Assembly: GCF_036365525.1 (NCBI RefSeq)
Contig: NC_090395.1
Location: forward strand, 65,187,326-65,251,325
Length of the DNA stretch: 64,000 nt
Direction: 5' to 3'
Origin: Heterodontus francisci
Lineage: Eukaryota
Shown here: in pieces, positions 1 to 36,160 of the stretch
How positions within the stretch are numbered: the stretch's first letter is position 1
Layout of the letters: each line of letters opens with the position of its first letter
Notes under the pieces: generated by a model
Databases searched by the model: none
What the model saw: the letters and a program-made list of their open reading frames with translations, nothing else
What the model was told of the DNA's origin: nothing
Translations under genes and position numbers: made by a program

Positions 1-225
1 GGTGAGTTGAAGAGACTTAGCAGTTGGCAGGAAAAAAGACAGAAGCGCAAGGAGAGAGCCAACTGTGTAACAGCCCCGACAACCAGTTTTATCTGCAGCA
101 CCTGTGGAAGAGTCTGTCACTCTAGAATTGGCCTTTATAGCCACTCCAGGTGCTGCTTCACAAACCACTGACCACCTCTAGGCACTTACCCATTGTCTCT
201 CGAAACAAGGAGGCCAAAGAAGAGG
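1..225 (+). mobile_element. RTE-clade LINE 3' end
   Basis: Encodes the C-terminal zinc finger FICSTCGRVCHSRIGLYSHSRCC, stop at 169-171, short 3'UTR ending in gaag repeats. Confidence 0.8.
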
Positions 226-372
226 AGATAAATTTGCTGAACCATCAATGGAGCCGATTCTATTTTTAAAAAATTATACGACACATCCGTAAACCCAGTA
301 TCATACTTAACATCCATCAAATTGTAAGAGTAAGCAATCTTTGGAGTTTCTGTTTGCCTACTATGAAAGGCA

Positions 373-593
373 TGTTAATTGTATATTATTTGAGTGTTTA
401 GTTGTATTCAGGGGTGGGCCTTTACTGGGGATTCACTTCTGCTCCTATAATATATGGGAGCAGACTGAAAGTGTGGTTGTTGTATTTAGACATACATATT
501 TGTAGTGTGTGTCTCAGCAATTAAAAGCTTATAATTGTGTAAAGACTGGGCTCCAGTTCTATCCTTCACTGCCTGGCTATCTGAAATAGAACA
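373..593 (+). mobile_element. Probable short solo LTR
   Basis: TGTT...AACA termini, TATA-like ctataatata, ATTAAA, imperfect flanking duplication aggca/agtca. Confidence 0.45.
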
Positions 594-1399
594 AGTCATA
601 CTTAGAGACATACCCCACTTTCTTTAAATCTAGGGAGCTTAACTGAAGGTTGGCAAGAATCAAAGCAAAGGCACCCTCAAGTATACCCATGAATCCTACT
701 GGAATTATTGCATCTAAAACCATGCAGTTTACCATAATGTTGTAAACGTTCTGCTGTTTCTCCAGCTAGGATCATAGTACCTATTGGCTCGCTGGGTTAC
801 CTGAAGCTGTGTGCCTGCACTGTTGGATCTTCTGGCCACCAGTCTCGGTGAATTCCAACAGTTTTACATTGGGTTTTCTGCTGGCTGCATGAAATCAGTG
901 TTTCCAGGATCCTTTGTCACAAATGTGGTTCCCTTCCAGTGTAAAAGCTGCTGTAGCTACTCCTGCAAATGTGCTATTTTACATATACCTTTATAGGCCA
1001 CTTCTGGGAGTGGATTCAGTTTTTTTTTTAAGGGAAGAAAGTATCTCAATCTTTGGGAGGGGTGGGTGGAGGGTGGTCACGGTGACAGTGTGGAGAGGGA
1101 GAGCTGGTATATGGGGATGAGATCTGGTAAGAAATTGGTTGAGTGTCTATATGTGTTGATGCCTTTTTCTCATTCCAGTTACATAACATAATATTGTGGC
1201 CAAGACTTGAAATTTTAACAAGAATCATAGAATGATTCAGCGCAGCATTGTGTATTACGAAGCAGCAGAATGATTAGTGCCAATCATTTAACATTATCTC
1301 TATTATATAACAAGGTTTGTATTGGCACAAGACAGTATAAAGAAAGCACGGAAGCATGGCACCACTAAATCTCCTCAAATTGTCTTCATTGTGTAAGTG

Positions 1400-2243
1400 A
1401 TTGAGGAAGATATCAATGGACTGGTTAGCTGGGTGGAACAGTGGCAAATGGAGTTCAGTCGGAGAAGTGTGAGGTAATGCATTTTGGGAAGTTTAACAAG
1501 GCAAGAAAATATGCCATAATGGTAGGATACTGAGAAGTGTAGAGGAGCAAAGGGACTTTGGAGTGCATGTCTACAGATCCCTGAGGGTAGCAGGACAAGT
1601 AGATAAGGTGGTAAAGAAGGCATACAGGATACTTGCCTTTATTAGCAGAGGCATAGAGTATAAGAGCTGGGTGGTTATGCTGGAATTGTATAAAACTCTA
1701 GTTAGACCACAGATGGAGTACTGTGTGCAGTTCTGGTCACCACACTATAGGAAGGATGTGATTGCACTAGAGAGGGTACAGAGGAGATTTAGGAGGATGT
1801 TGCCCGGACTGGAGAATTTTAGTTATGAGGAAAGATTTGAGAGGCTAGGGTTGTTTCTTTGGAACAGAGGAAGCTGAGGGGCGACCTAATTAAAGTGCAG
1901 AAAATTATGAGGGGTCTAGATAGAGTGTATGGGAAGGTCCTATTCCCCTTGGTTGAGGGGTCGAAAACTAGGGGGCATAGATTTGGGGTAAGATGAGGAG
2001 ATTTCGAGGGGATTCGAGGGAAATATTTTTTACTCAGAGGGTGGTGGGAATCTGGAACTCACTGCCTGAAAGAGTGCTAGAGGCAGCAACCCTCATGACT
2101 TTTTATAAAAAAGTATTTGGATATGCACTTGAAGTGCTGTAACCTACAAGGCTACGGACCAAGAGCTGGAAAGTGGGGTTAGACCGGATGGGCTGATTGG
2201 TCTCCTTTCGTGCTGTAAATTCCTAAGATTTCTATGATATTCT
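1400..2243 (+). mobile_element. CR1 LINE 3' fragment
   Basis: ORF 1563-1877 LYKTLVRPQMEYCVQFWSPHYRKD is the CR1 ORF2 C-terminus; ttctatga tail. Confidence 0.9.
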
Positions 2244-3199
2244 GTATCTTAATACCGTAGGATTGTCATTTTGATTTGCCTGCGGGTTAAAGTGGGGCAT
2301 TAAATGTAGTAAATATAAAATGTACTGAACCCAGTTGATACGGAATGTGTGTCGAAGTATATCTGCACACCTGGTCTAAATTGTTTTTAAAAATTAAAAA
2401 AAAATTCCAGGCATAAGTTTTTCAGAAGTCCAATTAGTAAAACCTGTACACCCACTGATATGTAGATCTAATGTTATTAGAGCTCAAAGCAAAGCAGTTA
2501 CAATGGACTATAGAAATGGAAGATGTTGATAGTCGATTGCACAGAGGTAGATTTAAATAAAGCTTTTATCATTGTGGATTTGGTGACAAATGACTGCTGA
2601 CCAAGCTTCCTTTGCTCAGCAAATTAAGCAGTAAAAGCAAGGGATTAAGTTTAGGATTGTTGTATTTCAAGTTGCTGTGCTTCAAAATGAGAGAGCTTGC
2701 AGGTGCACAAAACATATTTAACATTGCTGCAATATTTGTTTTTCCACGCTCCTATTTAATTGTATTTTGGCTCTGGGGCAGTCCTGCAAATGTTATAAGT
2801 AAGTCCATGTGTTGTGTTGTCCTGTCCTGTCTGTCCCACTGATGCTCTTGAACCAGCTAATGACCTGTAGCTCATGAATATCAGGTTTAAGTGTCTGTGT
2901 TTATTTATGGAATAAAATAATTTATTTGCATTTGCTTCTCCATTTGCCCAGTAATTGTTTTAAGTGTGATGGATATCGATCCAAGGGACTAAAGGGCACT
3001 GGATGAAAGAGATTTATGAGTAATGCAGAAAAAAATAATTTAATCCCTCGAAGTTCTTTTCTTCTCCCACCTCTATCCTCCTCCAACTCCCATCAGTATC
3101 TATTTTGAAATATGTCACTGTGCACCTTAATTTGGTGGCAGTGAAACAATCTACTGACAATTTTTCAAGCAACCTGCCAAAATAAAACCTTCCGATCTT

Positions 3200-3711
3200 C
3201 TGCAAACTTGAGCTCATCCAAAAATAACCTGCGCATGTCCTAATTTGCACTAAATTGTGTTCATTTGTGACCACTGTGCTCGCTGACCTTTATTGGCTCC
3301 TGGTCCTACAGCACCTCAATCTTAAAAATCCCCTCCTGTTTTAAATCCCTCAGTGGCCTCGCCCCTCCCTATCTCTGTAATCTGCTCTAGCCCTACAATC
3401 CTCTAAGATATCAACACTCCTCCAATCAGCCTCTTGACCATCTGCGATTTTAATCATTTCACCATTAGCAGCTGTGCCTTCTGCTGCCTGGGCCCTAAGG
3501 TCTGGAATTCCCTCCCTAATCCTCTCTGCCTCTCTTCCTCTCTTTTTTCCTTTAAGACATCCCTTAAAACCTACCCCTGGTGATGACCAATGGTCAGCTG
3601 CTCTAATATCTCCTTGTGTGGTTCAGTATCAAATTCTGTTTGATACTGCTTCACTGAAGTGCCTAGGGATCTGTTTTGATAAAGATACTATATAAATGCA
3701 AGTTGTTGTTG
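3200..3711 (+). mobile_element. L2 LINE 3' fragment
   Basis: Degenerate L2 ORF2 end and tail ...ataaatgcaagttgttgttg; related to 50795-51740 and 62100-62350. Confidence 0.75.
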
Positions 3712-4058
3712 CATGGGAATTGAACCAAAATGTAGAGTTGAATTGACAAACAATGCATTGATCTAATGACTGTGTTTGCTCATGCTAACTTAGCTCCCCA
3801 ATGCTTTCTGATTCTTTAACTTTTCCATGTCCATTCTGCACCCCACTCTCTCTCTTCCCCTCCCCCCCCGGCCCAGCCTCCCAACCACCACTGCCAACTA
3901 CATTGGGGGGGTGCAGGGAAATGCATTCAGCATATGGTGAGGAGAAAAAAATGTGGCCGCAGGTTATAGAATCTTGTAGTAAAATCGCTGTGATCTGTGA
4001 GAATCCTGACCAATAGTTTCTATCAGTTGCAATGAAAATGTGTTCTAACAACAGTTGG

Positions 4059-4087
4059 TACGTGGCTTAAACCAACATGACTCAGCA
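4059..4087 (+). promoter_or_regulatory. Candidate intronic HRE (TACGTG) + ARE/MARE (ATGACTCAGCA)
   Basis: Motif match only, in non-repetitive intron sequence. Confidence 0.3.
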
Positions 4088-6194
4088 AGGGTGCCTAACC
4101 AACTAAGGTAATCAACGGATATCTCCAGCACTCCTATATTGGTGTCAGAAACGCTGTCCAACCCAAGGCTTGTCTTCAGCACTGAAATTCTAGCCACACT
4201 AATGGTGCGTTTATATGTCCACTTTAGCTGCAATGCTAAAGTCAGTGTGTAAATGCTGTGTCAGATCACTGATTGCACTCGGACTGTAAAATTGAAATCT
4301 ACAGCTGCAGGTGCCTTACTGCAGTATAAACGTGGTCTTCATGCCAATAGTGAGCTCCAGAGCGTTTGGCTCAGTTTGCTGCATTCAACATAAAAGCATC
4401 GTAAAAATATTGATACTGAGACTGCCCAGTTCACCGTTACCAAACCCCACCCCTCTAAAAGAGTAGAAAATTTTTCATAAGGCTGACTGGAAAGTAATTG
4501 AGAAATGGCACACATGAGTAGTAGAAAAATATTATTTTTAAAGTAGAACTTGCTGAGAAAATATTGTTTTTTATACACTGGTTTTATAGCCAGCTGTGGT
4601 TGCTGAAAACTAAAGCTGCTTTTGCATTTTCCTTAAGAGGATGTTTGCTCAATTTGCTAAGACTGGTGATTGGGAGGATCTGGCTTTTCTTAAAGAGGAC
4701 CTGGTCTTTCCAGAAGCTGGCCTTGGTGAGGCAGGCAAGTTTATATTGGGGTTGTCACCAGGTGCACAAGACGTGCAGGAACCAGAGGTTGCCGCACCCT
4801 CTACGGTGAATGTAAAAAGCAGCTGTATGCAATCTGAAATTGCGTGGGCCCCTCTTCCCACCTGCTGTAATGACACAACAGCATAACATTCTTGTCAAAT
4901 TCCTTCAGGCATAAAGGGTAACCTACTCAAGCGTACCTACCAGCATCAGTCAGAAAATTGTGGTATTTCAAGTATTGGCAGTTGTATTACTGACCAAAAA
5001 TTTAAATTCAAGTGAAAGTTTGGTAAAAGTTGGCAGTTCATTTATGTTCAGGACTGTGTGTAGTGGTTTGTGCACATGACTTTTATACTTTCATGCCATA
5101 TAGTAATAGTAGTTTGGCAAGTATTTTTATATGCAGTAACAATATATTCAGAATAATAATTTTAGTGGCCAACCATTTTATAATGGCCATTTTATGGACC
5201 TGGATTCTAATTGTGTTGAGCACAGGACAGTTTAGACAGATGATTGTTGTACCCTCCCGAGGTATATTTACTGGCCCTCGTTTGGAAATGACCTTCTTTC
5301 GGCAGTGAGTAGCACATCCTTCTTTGGGGAGGAACAAGAGGATGATTTAACCACTTGCTTATCCCAGCTTTGGGCAGCAACACCGATAAATTTCCTGAAG
5401 TCGTCTGGGGCCCAGACTGTGCTGCTGTTTTTGCTGAGGGAGAAAGAATAATGGAGAATAAAAAAACAATCAGGTTCATTTCATTACTGGAACAGGGAAA
5501 GTTGAAATTCTGAAGGTGATCTTGAGAGAAAAAGCTTCATGTGAACAAAGATTATAGGTTTAATTTTTTTTAAAAGCCAGGAAAGTGTATATGGAGATGC
5601 GTTAGTTATAATTGCACCTTTTGAACATCTGCGTGGTTTGTATAAGCATAATTAATTTTGCGGATGTTTTGAATTAATCCCACAATTCTAACTGGGCAAC
5701 TAGTCACGTTCTTTCAATAGAAGATCTATTGCAATATAAATGAGTATGAATCAGCTAGTTCTGTTTAGCTGAAATTCCTTTAACGAAAGATGATAGACTC
5801 CCTGTTTTTCTTTGCAGTTAATGGCACTTAAATGAAACTACTGGAATATGTGGCTTTCAAACATGCTGTCTGAGAAAGTGCTTTTGCTAATGGGCCTTTA
5901 ATTAATGAGATACAAACAGTGATTTTCTGTTTTTCATTAAAAGGAGGACCTCTCCCCAAGGACTCTTCAAACTTGTGGGCAGTTGTTATTGGGGATGAAC
6001 TATTCCTTCAATCACATGTTCTTTTAAATTAAACTTTTTAAAAGGGTGAATAATGTTTGTCTTTTTTGTTCCTAGCATAACGTTATCTCAAGAAAGTCTT
6101 CATTTACTTAAAATACTTCGTCTGCTTATGTAGTAATGTGTAGCTCTGTTTAAGTCTGATGTCTATAACACACTAAATGAGCCAAGATAGCACT

Positions 6195-6332
6195 CTGAGT
6201 TTGAGCTGGATTGAGTACCTAATGTCGGTGAACAATCCAGTACAATACTGTGGCAGTGGTGTGTTGTTGGAGATGGCGTTCTTCAGAGAAGATTAACCTG
6301 AGGTCCTGCCTGTTCAAGGTGATGTTAAAGAT
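6195..6332 (+). mobile_element. Degenerate Deu-domain SINE fragment (SacSINE1/AmnSINE-like)
   Basis: cagtacaatactgtggcagtggtgtgttgttggagatggcgttcttcagagaagattaacctgaggtcctgcc...gatgttaaagat resembles the Deu core as recalled; not aligned. Confidence 0.55.
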
Positions 6333-6790
6333 ATAAAGAAGACAAAAGGGATGGTATTGTGGAAGGACAATAGCAAATGGACTGGTGATAAGGAGCCTAT
6401 TTTGTCTCGACTTATCTGAAAAGTTCCTGAAGTACAGAAGATCTTCAATTAGAAAATATTGCCATTAGCAGTACTTCTGTGTTTTAATACAGTGTAATCT
6501 TTACATTTTTTTAAACTCCATTTTTGTCAGTTTGGTAAAATTTCCTTGCTAGTACCAAATAGCTATCATTAAATGAATTTAATTGTGTTGGTCTTTGTAA
6601 GCTTAGTAAAATGCTTTCACCCATGAAATGTCATCAGCTGATCCTTTTAGATTCTCATACTGAATACTGGAGAGTGTAGTTCATTGAGTTACCTTTCCTG
6701 CAGTGAAGTTTTTTTCAACTTGTATTTTGCAAATGTTAATCTGATAATTATAGAAAATCTGCTTGAAGTCAGTGGAACTCACTCAGTTGA

Positions 6791-29510
<22,720 letters not shown>

Positions 29511-32381
29511 ATGGACCAGAGCTACAATGATTGAAAGAAGGACCAAGTTGTCTGAAACCTCAGTAGAAGAATGTATAGTAGGAGCCAGCCTAGCTGTTTA
29601 AATGCTCACTAAATGTATTTGAAGAGCATTTCTGCACTCCTAGGCATTTTATTTCTTTAACAGCCTGGTTTTTTGCTTGCATTTTCTTTTCTATACTCTT
29701 CCAATTATAAATGAGTGTTTTGATTTTCTAATTTACTGCCGAGAGATGTAACTGTCCTATTATATTGTGACAGCACAGTCTCCATGAAATCACTTGAGCC
29801 TGTATATGATTGATGTGCAAACAAATAGTACTGTAATAATTTAAAAAAAATCTTTATTTGTTTGCTTTGTTGTTCCTGTTTTGTTTTAGTCCAAGACCTG
29901 AGCTTTAAGCTCAGTTCAAAATGTTCCAAAGGATCCTCTTGTTTTAACTATATTTTTTAAACCTTTTCTTGGCGGCAATTGAAACCTCATAGAGTCATAG
30001 AGACCTGTTTGGTAATTGTCAATATAGTTGCATGATACTCATGTCTTTTCAGGAACCAGTGCTGACTATAATAAATGATGAGTATCAACTTTTAAACAAA
30101 CCCAATTCAGTACTAAAACAGCTGTAAATATCACTCTGTAGCCAAAAAAATGTGAATGGTTTTGTTCATGCAGAATTTGAGTTCACGTCTCTTTTCATGC
30201 AATGCTAGCCTTACTTATGCGCTTTAATAAATTGACGCCACTAGATAGTACACTTCAGGACACAAATCATTTTCAATCAGGCAAAGAAAATTAGAAGCTT
30301 ACATCTGCCGGTTTAACAGGGAACGTAATTTTAAGGTGTCAGTATTCTAATTCTAGACTATTACATTTTGACAGAATCATATTAGCAAGTTTTGTCATAA
30401 GATAGTGCCAAATGGAGTTTGTGGTGACGAGCACTAATCGCTGGTTGAGTTTTGATGGTTTCATATTCCACAGGCACTTGCTGTATACAAACAAAACATT
30501 TCAGTGATTACGTACTATTTGTGACAGGGATTTTTATTTTGTCAATGCTTTTTTCTGGACCATGAACAAGCACTGGATTTTGATGGTGACCTCTATTAAT
30601 ACTGTGGGTTTTATGCCAATGAGCCTCTAAAGTTGTATACCCAACAGTGGGACCAGAAAATACTTTCACTCCAGTTACAAAGAAAAAGATATATTTAAAA
30701 AAAAATAAAAAATTTAAAAATCATTGTAGAAGCATGAAGGATTTTTCAATCAAAAAAGCTTCTGTATTGTCTTATGGGAATTGACCTGGGTGAGAGTGAC
30801 ACTGATTTGTTAATTTCGGATGTACAATGCAGCATCTGATACAGAAGCATAAGTGAGAAACATTAGTATTTTGAATGGTGAAGTCTGTTTCCTGTCACCT
30901 TATGTTCATTTGTTTAAAGTTAGATTATTAAATAGGAAGGAAGGGGGAAAGTCTCCCTTGCAATATTTTCAGGACTGCTAGTGTCTCAATTTGGAGCAAT
31001 ATGTGCAAAAGGAACTTAGTATATTTGATTTGTGATGCAGATTTCACATTCAGACCATCATGCCTATGCCAACTATTGGAAAGTGTTATCCAATTAGTCC
31101 CATTGACCCTCATTCTATCTCCATCGCCCTTCAAATTTCTCCTTCTCAATTATTTAGCGAATTCCCTTTTGAATCTGCTTCCATTTTAGGCAGCATGTTC
31201 CAGGTCAAAAGAACTTCCTGCGTTTTAAAAAAAAAAACTTCTCATCGCTCCCTCCCTACCAACCCAAAACATTGATCTGGTTCCCTTTCTCAATACATTT
31301 GAATAAATTTACGTGTTTTTTTAAATCTGTAGCCACCACCACAAAAATAGATGGGTTGTTAAATGTTGTTCTGAGATAGCAGCAAAGCTAATTGCTATAT
31401 GAGTATGGAATGAATTGGTCCATTTTAACAGTAGGATATTGATCTTGCATCTGTCCTTGTTGGGGAGGGAGTTGTTGGATCTTGCTTCAGCTGCTAAGCA
31501 GAACACTTTTTTTGAGAGCTCCATCTCATGCAGGTAGGGCAATACCAGGAGCAGTCTTACCAGCAATGCATCTTCTTACTGCCAATGATGGAAGATCAAT
31601 TGTTGAGAAGTCTAATGCACTTTGTCCTGGGAACTAAAGTAGGAAAACAAAGCATGGTGATGAACACTAGTTGACCAGTCTTATTTTTAAATTAGGAACT
31701 CTTGACTATACTGATGTGAGCTGAGCGATGGCACTGTAGCTCCAACTTGCATTAATTTAACACATGTAGCCATTTTTCTGAAACAAAAACAAGTGTCACC
31801 GAGGAAGCAGATGTGGCCATTTTTCTGCTTTGATTGCTGGGCTATATATATAATGAGCTCATTGCAGCCCCATATCATTGCCAACTTCAGGTAAATAATT
31901 CCTAAAATGTCATCTTAATAGCTGGTAATTAAACTTTTGCCCCATGAGTATTGAGGTCTAACATTTGATAAATGCTAATAGAGTAAGGCCATGAGACTGA
32001 AAACTTGCAGTGTGAATCTAACAATATTAACAGGCAGTAGCAGATAATAAGTGGTTCTGTTTTGACCATAACATCTTATTTTCCAAAACTGGTAAGATAT
32101 CTCCTGCAGAAAAGAGAAGAGGAGGAGAGAAAATTGATAAGTTCAACTTGATGTCAAAAGTTACCACCATTCTTAATGTGGAAATGGAAGATCTAGTCGC
32201 TGCTTTTTAAATATGAGTATCTCATGACGGTCCAAACAATTTTTTGTAAACAGGCATTTCCCTTAACTGAGTGCTGCCATTAACAGGGTTTAGCTGTATT
32301 TACATTTACAGTATTGGTGGAGATAAGCCTGGATAGCCGCTGCTTGTTATGTAGTATTGTAGAATTTGTGTATTATGTCTT

Positions 32382-32387
32382 AATAAA
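32382..32387 (+). terminator. Candidate polyadenylation signal AATAAA
   Basis: Preceded by TGTA motifs and followed by U/GU-rich sequence (tttgtgtttg). Confidence 0.45.
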
Positions 32388-32509
32388 TGTGGAAATTCAT
32401 GTTTTAATTTCAAAAACTTAGAGACCTCAAATTATATAATTTGTGTTTGAAAGCAGACATGCTAAACAATGAATTGTCTTCCTTTTTAAACACCCCAAAC
32501 ATTAATCTA

Positions 32510-32800
32510 CAATAAAAACAGAAAATGCTGGAAACACTCAGCAGGTCAGTCAGTATCTGGAGAGAGACAGTTAATATTTTAGCTCGATGACCTATTATCC
32601 GAATGGGAAGATATTAAGCAAGTGCAGAGCTGGGGGGAGAAGGACAATTACAAATAGAAGAGAGCAGTATTAGGGTAGAGGACAGAAGTGATTCAATGTC
32701 AAAATTGATGAATGTCAAAAGATAAAGTTAGGTGATAATCAGACAGAAGACGGATCCAGAGGGGATGTAAATGGCTACAGCAGAGGAGGAGGGAAACATG
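32510..32800 (-). mobile_element. Old Penelope-like terminal fragment
   Basis: aaaacagaaaatgctggaaacactcagcaggtcag motif. Confidence 0.65.
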
Positions 32801-34049
32801 GAAAATCTGACAAAGAAAGGAAAGCTCCCATGGCCTAGGAGTGTGACAGAAGAAAGGCAAGGAAACCCCAGGGGTTCAGACTTACCCATCCATGTACAGA
32901 TGGTGTTCAGAGACAGACAATGAGGTGGTCTCGTTGAATGTCCACTCTGTATCCTAGCATGCATCAAACTTTGCCCAGTCCCCCTCATAAGAGGGCATGT
33001 TGTGGCTACAGAGCAAGTTTGAACTGCATAATTCTTTGAAGACTGTGTATCCTCATCAATTTATATGACTGCGAAAGAAACACAAAAGATGTACTAATTA
33101 TATCTGCCTATACACTTCAGCCAGTAGACGGACATACAATTTAATTTTGTAGTTATTTTGAAGGACTGTAAAAAGGTTACCAGCTGGCTGCTACAGTACT
33201 GTTAAAATCTGCTTTCAAGATAATCAGTACTTTTCTTGCTACATCTGTGATTGGAGATTATTTTTATGAACATTTCTTTATGCTTCAAGGAATAGGGTTT
33301 TGTTTTCTTGTATTGAAATGATGTTCCTTGCTTCAGCTTAATTATGGGATGTACAACTCAGACTGTACCTGATTTGCTCATGATAGTGATTTCTAGTTGG
33401 AGTAAGGTTTTTGCATTCTTTAAATAGACCCAGTAATTATCCCAATGGAAAACAAAGATAAGCTAATCCAGCAAAGATGTTTGCTGTTGCAACAAACCTT
33501 ACAGCCAAAGAACTCAAATATTTCTTGCTGGGAACAGGTGTTCCTTATACAGTTTGGCACAGTTGAGTGGGGAAGGTTAATGAAGAACGAACCAGGAAGC
33601 TGGTGTATTTTATTTTTTGTTCTTCCGTGTCCCCTGTACTGAATTAAAGGAAAAGTAACTCTATATTTATGAATCGCCAATTCAGCCCTTTCCCGCTGAG
33701 CTCTGCAGAGATCTATCTCTAGTAGTATGGGAATCAATGCATTGAAGAGACATGGCAGGATAATTCTCTACAGCAGGTGCAATCTGTAGCATGGGGATCC
33801 ATGTTTGTGGTGTTTCAAGTGACAACGATTTTGCACAGATTTTCATTTTGCAGCCATTGCTGGCAAAATTTGGCACACAGTTGGAAAGTTTTTCATCCCA
33901 CTCCCCCCCCCCCCCTCAACCACCCTCTGCTAGCCTCTCGAGACTAAACTCTGTCTAAGTAAACAGTGATGACAATTCAGTGGACTCTCTGGGAATCTTC
34001 TCTTTTACTTGACTTCAATGGTTTTTCTCCACCCACGGACACTCAGAAT

Positions 34050-34270
34050 AAGAACAGCATAAGAAATAGGAGCAGGAGGCGGCCATTATGTTCCCTTGAG
34101 CCAGCTTCGCTATTCAGTAAGATCACGGCTGAAATTCAATATCAACACCAATTCACTATCCTTTCCCATATTCCTTGATTCCCTCAGTGTCCAAGAATCT
34201 ATTGATCTCAGTCTTGAATATACTTAGCAACAGAGCATCCACAGCTGTCTGTGGTAGAGAATTCCAAAGA
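34050..34270 (-). mobile_element. CR1 3' tail fragment
   Basis: ataagaaataggagcaggag...ggccatt is the reverse complement of the tail type seen at 12900-12945. Confidence 0.75.
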
Positions 34271-35971
34271 AAGGAAGTTTATAGAACTCAATGAACTAGC
34301 TCTGTAATTGACTATAATTTTTTTTAAAAATTAACTTTAAAAATTAACAGGATGGGTTTCTTCATGTGACTACATATCTGCAGTGGTATGTAACAGGTCA
34401 TGGGATGTACCAGGTGGGTGATTCTCTTTTATAAGTCTGTTTTCGATCAGAAATCACCAATGCTGACTGACCATAAGCAGCTAAATAATACACTCCCTAT
34501 CATTTGATGGTCCAGTGAAAATCCAAGTTAAATACTCATTTATGGAAGGTAGGCAAAGATATTAAGAATCAGGAGAAATTAGTTTTAGGAGTTATGTGGG
34601 CTTTCTGGAATTACCATTTTCTATTAAGCATCATTAACATGTTACATGTGGTAAATGTGATCATAAGCTAGCAGAGATGGGAATATGGCCCCGAGGGAGC
34701 TGTGTTGGTTTTGGTGTATCTGTTGTTACTGACCCATGTCAAATCTTAATGGAGACCTATTGAATACTTTAAGGAGATGCAAAGAGGGATAAAGAAATTC
34801 ATTGCCTTATATATTCTACAGAATTTTGATAACATTAAAAAGGACGAATACTTGCTTTTGTTATATGTTGATTACAGCTACTTTTGTGGTCCCCACCACT
34901 TGCATCACACATAGCAGTGACAAAAAATACCGGGTTTGTAAACATTGCTGCATACTCCTACCATATGCTTTACTGCAGCCGTTTGTAAATTTAAACATTC
35001 AGAATTTGTTCTTTTTATGAATTTTCTTTCCATAAGCTCCTGCTCAATGTTTTGATTTTGTCCCCGGCCCTAAAGCAGTGTCTTTAAGAAAGAACAAAGT
35101 GGAAACAATTAAGGCAAATCCAGAAGTAAATCAAATAACATTCGCAGCACAAAATCTCTACTGTTTTAAGTTTTGTATACCCTTCACAATAATGAAAACT
35201 TGTCCTTTTGTGATTTAAACTATAATGGATGTATATATAAGTGGGAAACTAGCTTGCTGGTAGCAGTCCATTTATATGGGTTGATTTCATTTGTGATGAA
35301 AGACTTGTGATTCATTACCACTTGTAATGCGTGTGAATTACACACATATCGTGGCTTGTGGAAGAACAATTAGTACAAGAAGTAGTGCAATATCCTGTTA
35401 GTTAACTTCTAAAAACCTGCAGAATTGTAACTGTGAACTTGGTGACCAAACCTTCTCTGAAAGTTTGGACTTTTTATACTGGTGTATGTTGTGCTTTGGA
35501 TGAATATAAACCGTGACCACTGAAGCCAGAAGGTGTGAATGGGGGAAGGACACTGCCATGGGTGGATTGATCATTGTGGTTTTCTGTAACCACAGCAGTT
35601 TGAGACAGTAACATATTGTCACTGAAGTATGGTGTGACCTTTGTCCAAATGCAAAGTCATTGTCGTCATCTGGACCGGATATTGGATTTTATAGTGTGTT
35701 TAAAATAGGTAGTGCAGTTTCTTAACCAGTACTACTCATTGTTTTCAGTCTGATTTTTCAAAGGGTAAGGCAATTGCTTGAACAATCTAAAAGGTCACTG
35801 GGTGAACCAGCAATGTGGAGTCTTACTCAATTTCAGCTAATTAAGAAATACTTGATACATTCAAAGTAGAGAACACATATTGTTCTACATATTATTTGAT
35901 AATTTTCTATTGCATACAACCTTTTTCATTGCTGTACTGAGGACTAGTAGATGGAAAATGTCATTAACCTT

Positions 35972-35977
35972 AATAAA
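35972..35977 (+). terminator. Candidate distal polyadenylation signal AATAAA
   Basis: TGTA upstream and GU-rich sequence downstream; lies at the end of the repeat-poor tract. Confidence 0.45.
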
Positions 35978-36160
35978 GGTCTTCTAAACAACCGTCAAGT
36001 TTCATTCGCACTTGTCTTTTCCGCCTCGTCGAAAAGTTTGTGTTTTTCATTTGTTGTATATTATTTGTCCGTTTTGCTTCAATACTTCGACGCTGAAGGT
36101 CATCCCATAATCGAAATGGAAGTATCCTGTTAATCTCTGATCGTAGCTCTGTTTCAAGTT

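Larger units (their letters stand above)
29511..35995 (+). other. AHCYL1: AHCYL1 3'UTR (maximal extent; the true end is uncertain)
   Basis: AU-rich, repeat-poor sequence after the stop. AATAAA at 30070, 30226, 30704, 31302, 32382 and 35972. Confidence 0.5.

Noticed and set aside
35306-35342. Small hairpin in the 3'UTR considered as a pre-miRNA or SECIS
   Set aside because: Too short for a pre-miRNA, lacks the SECIS core geometry, and the CDS has no in-frame UGA.
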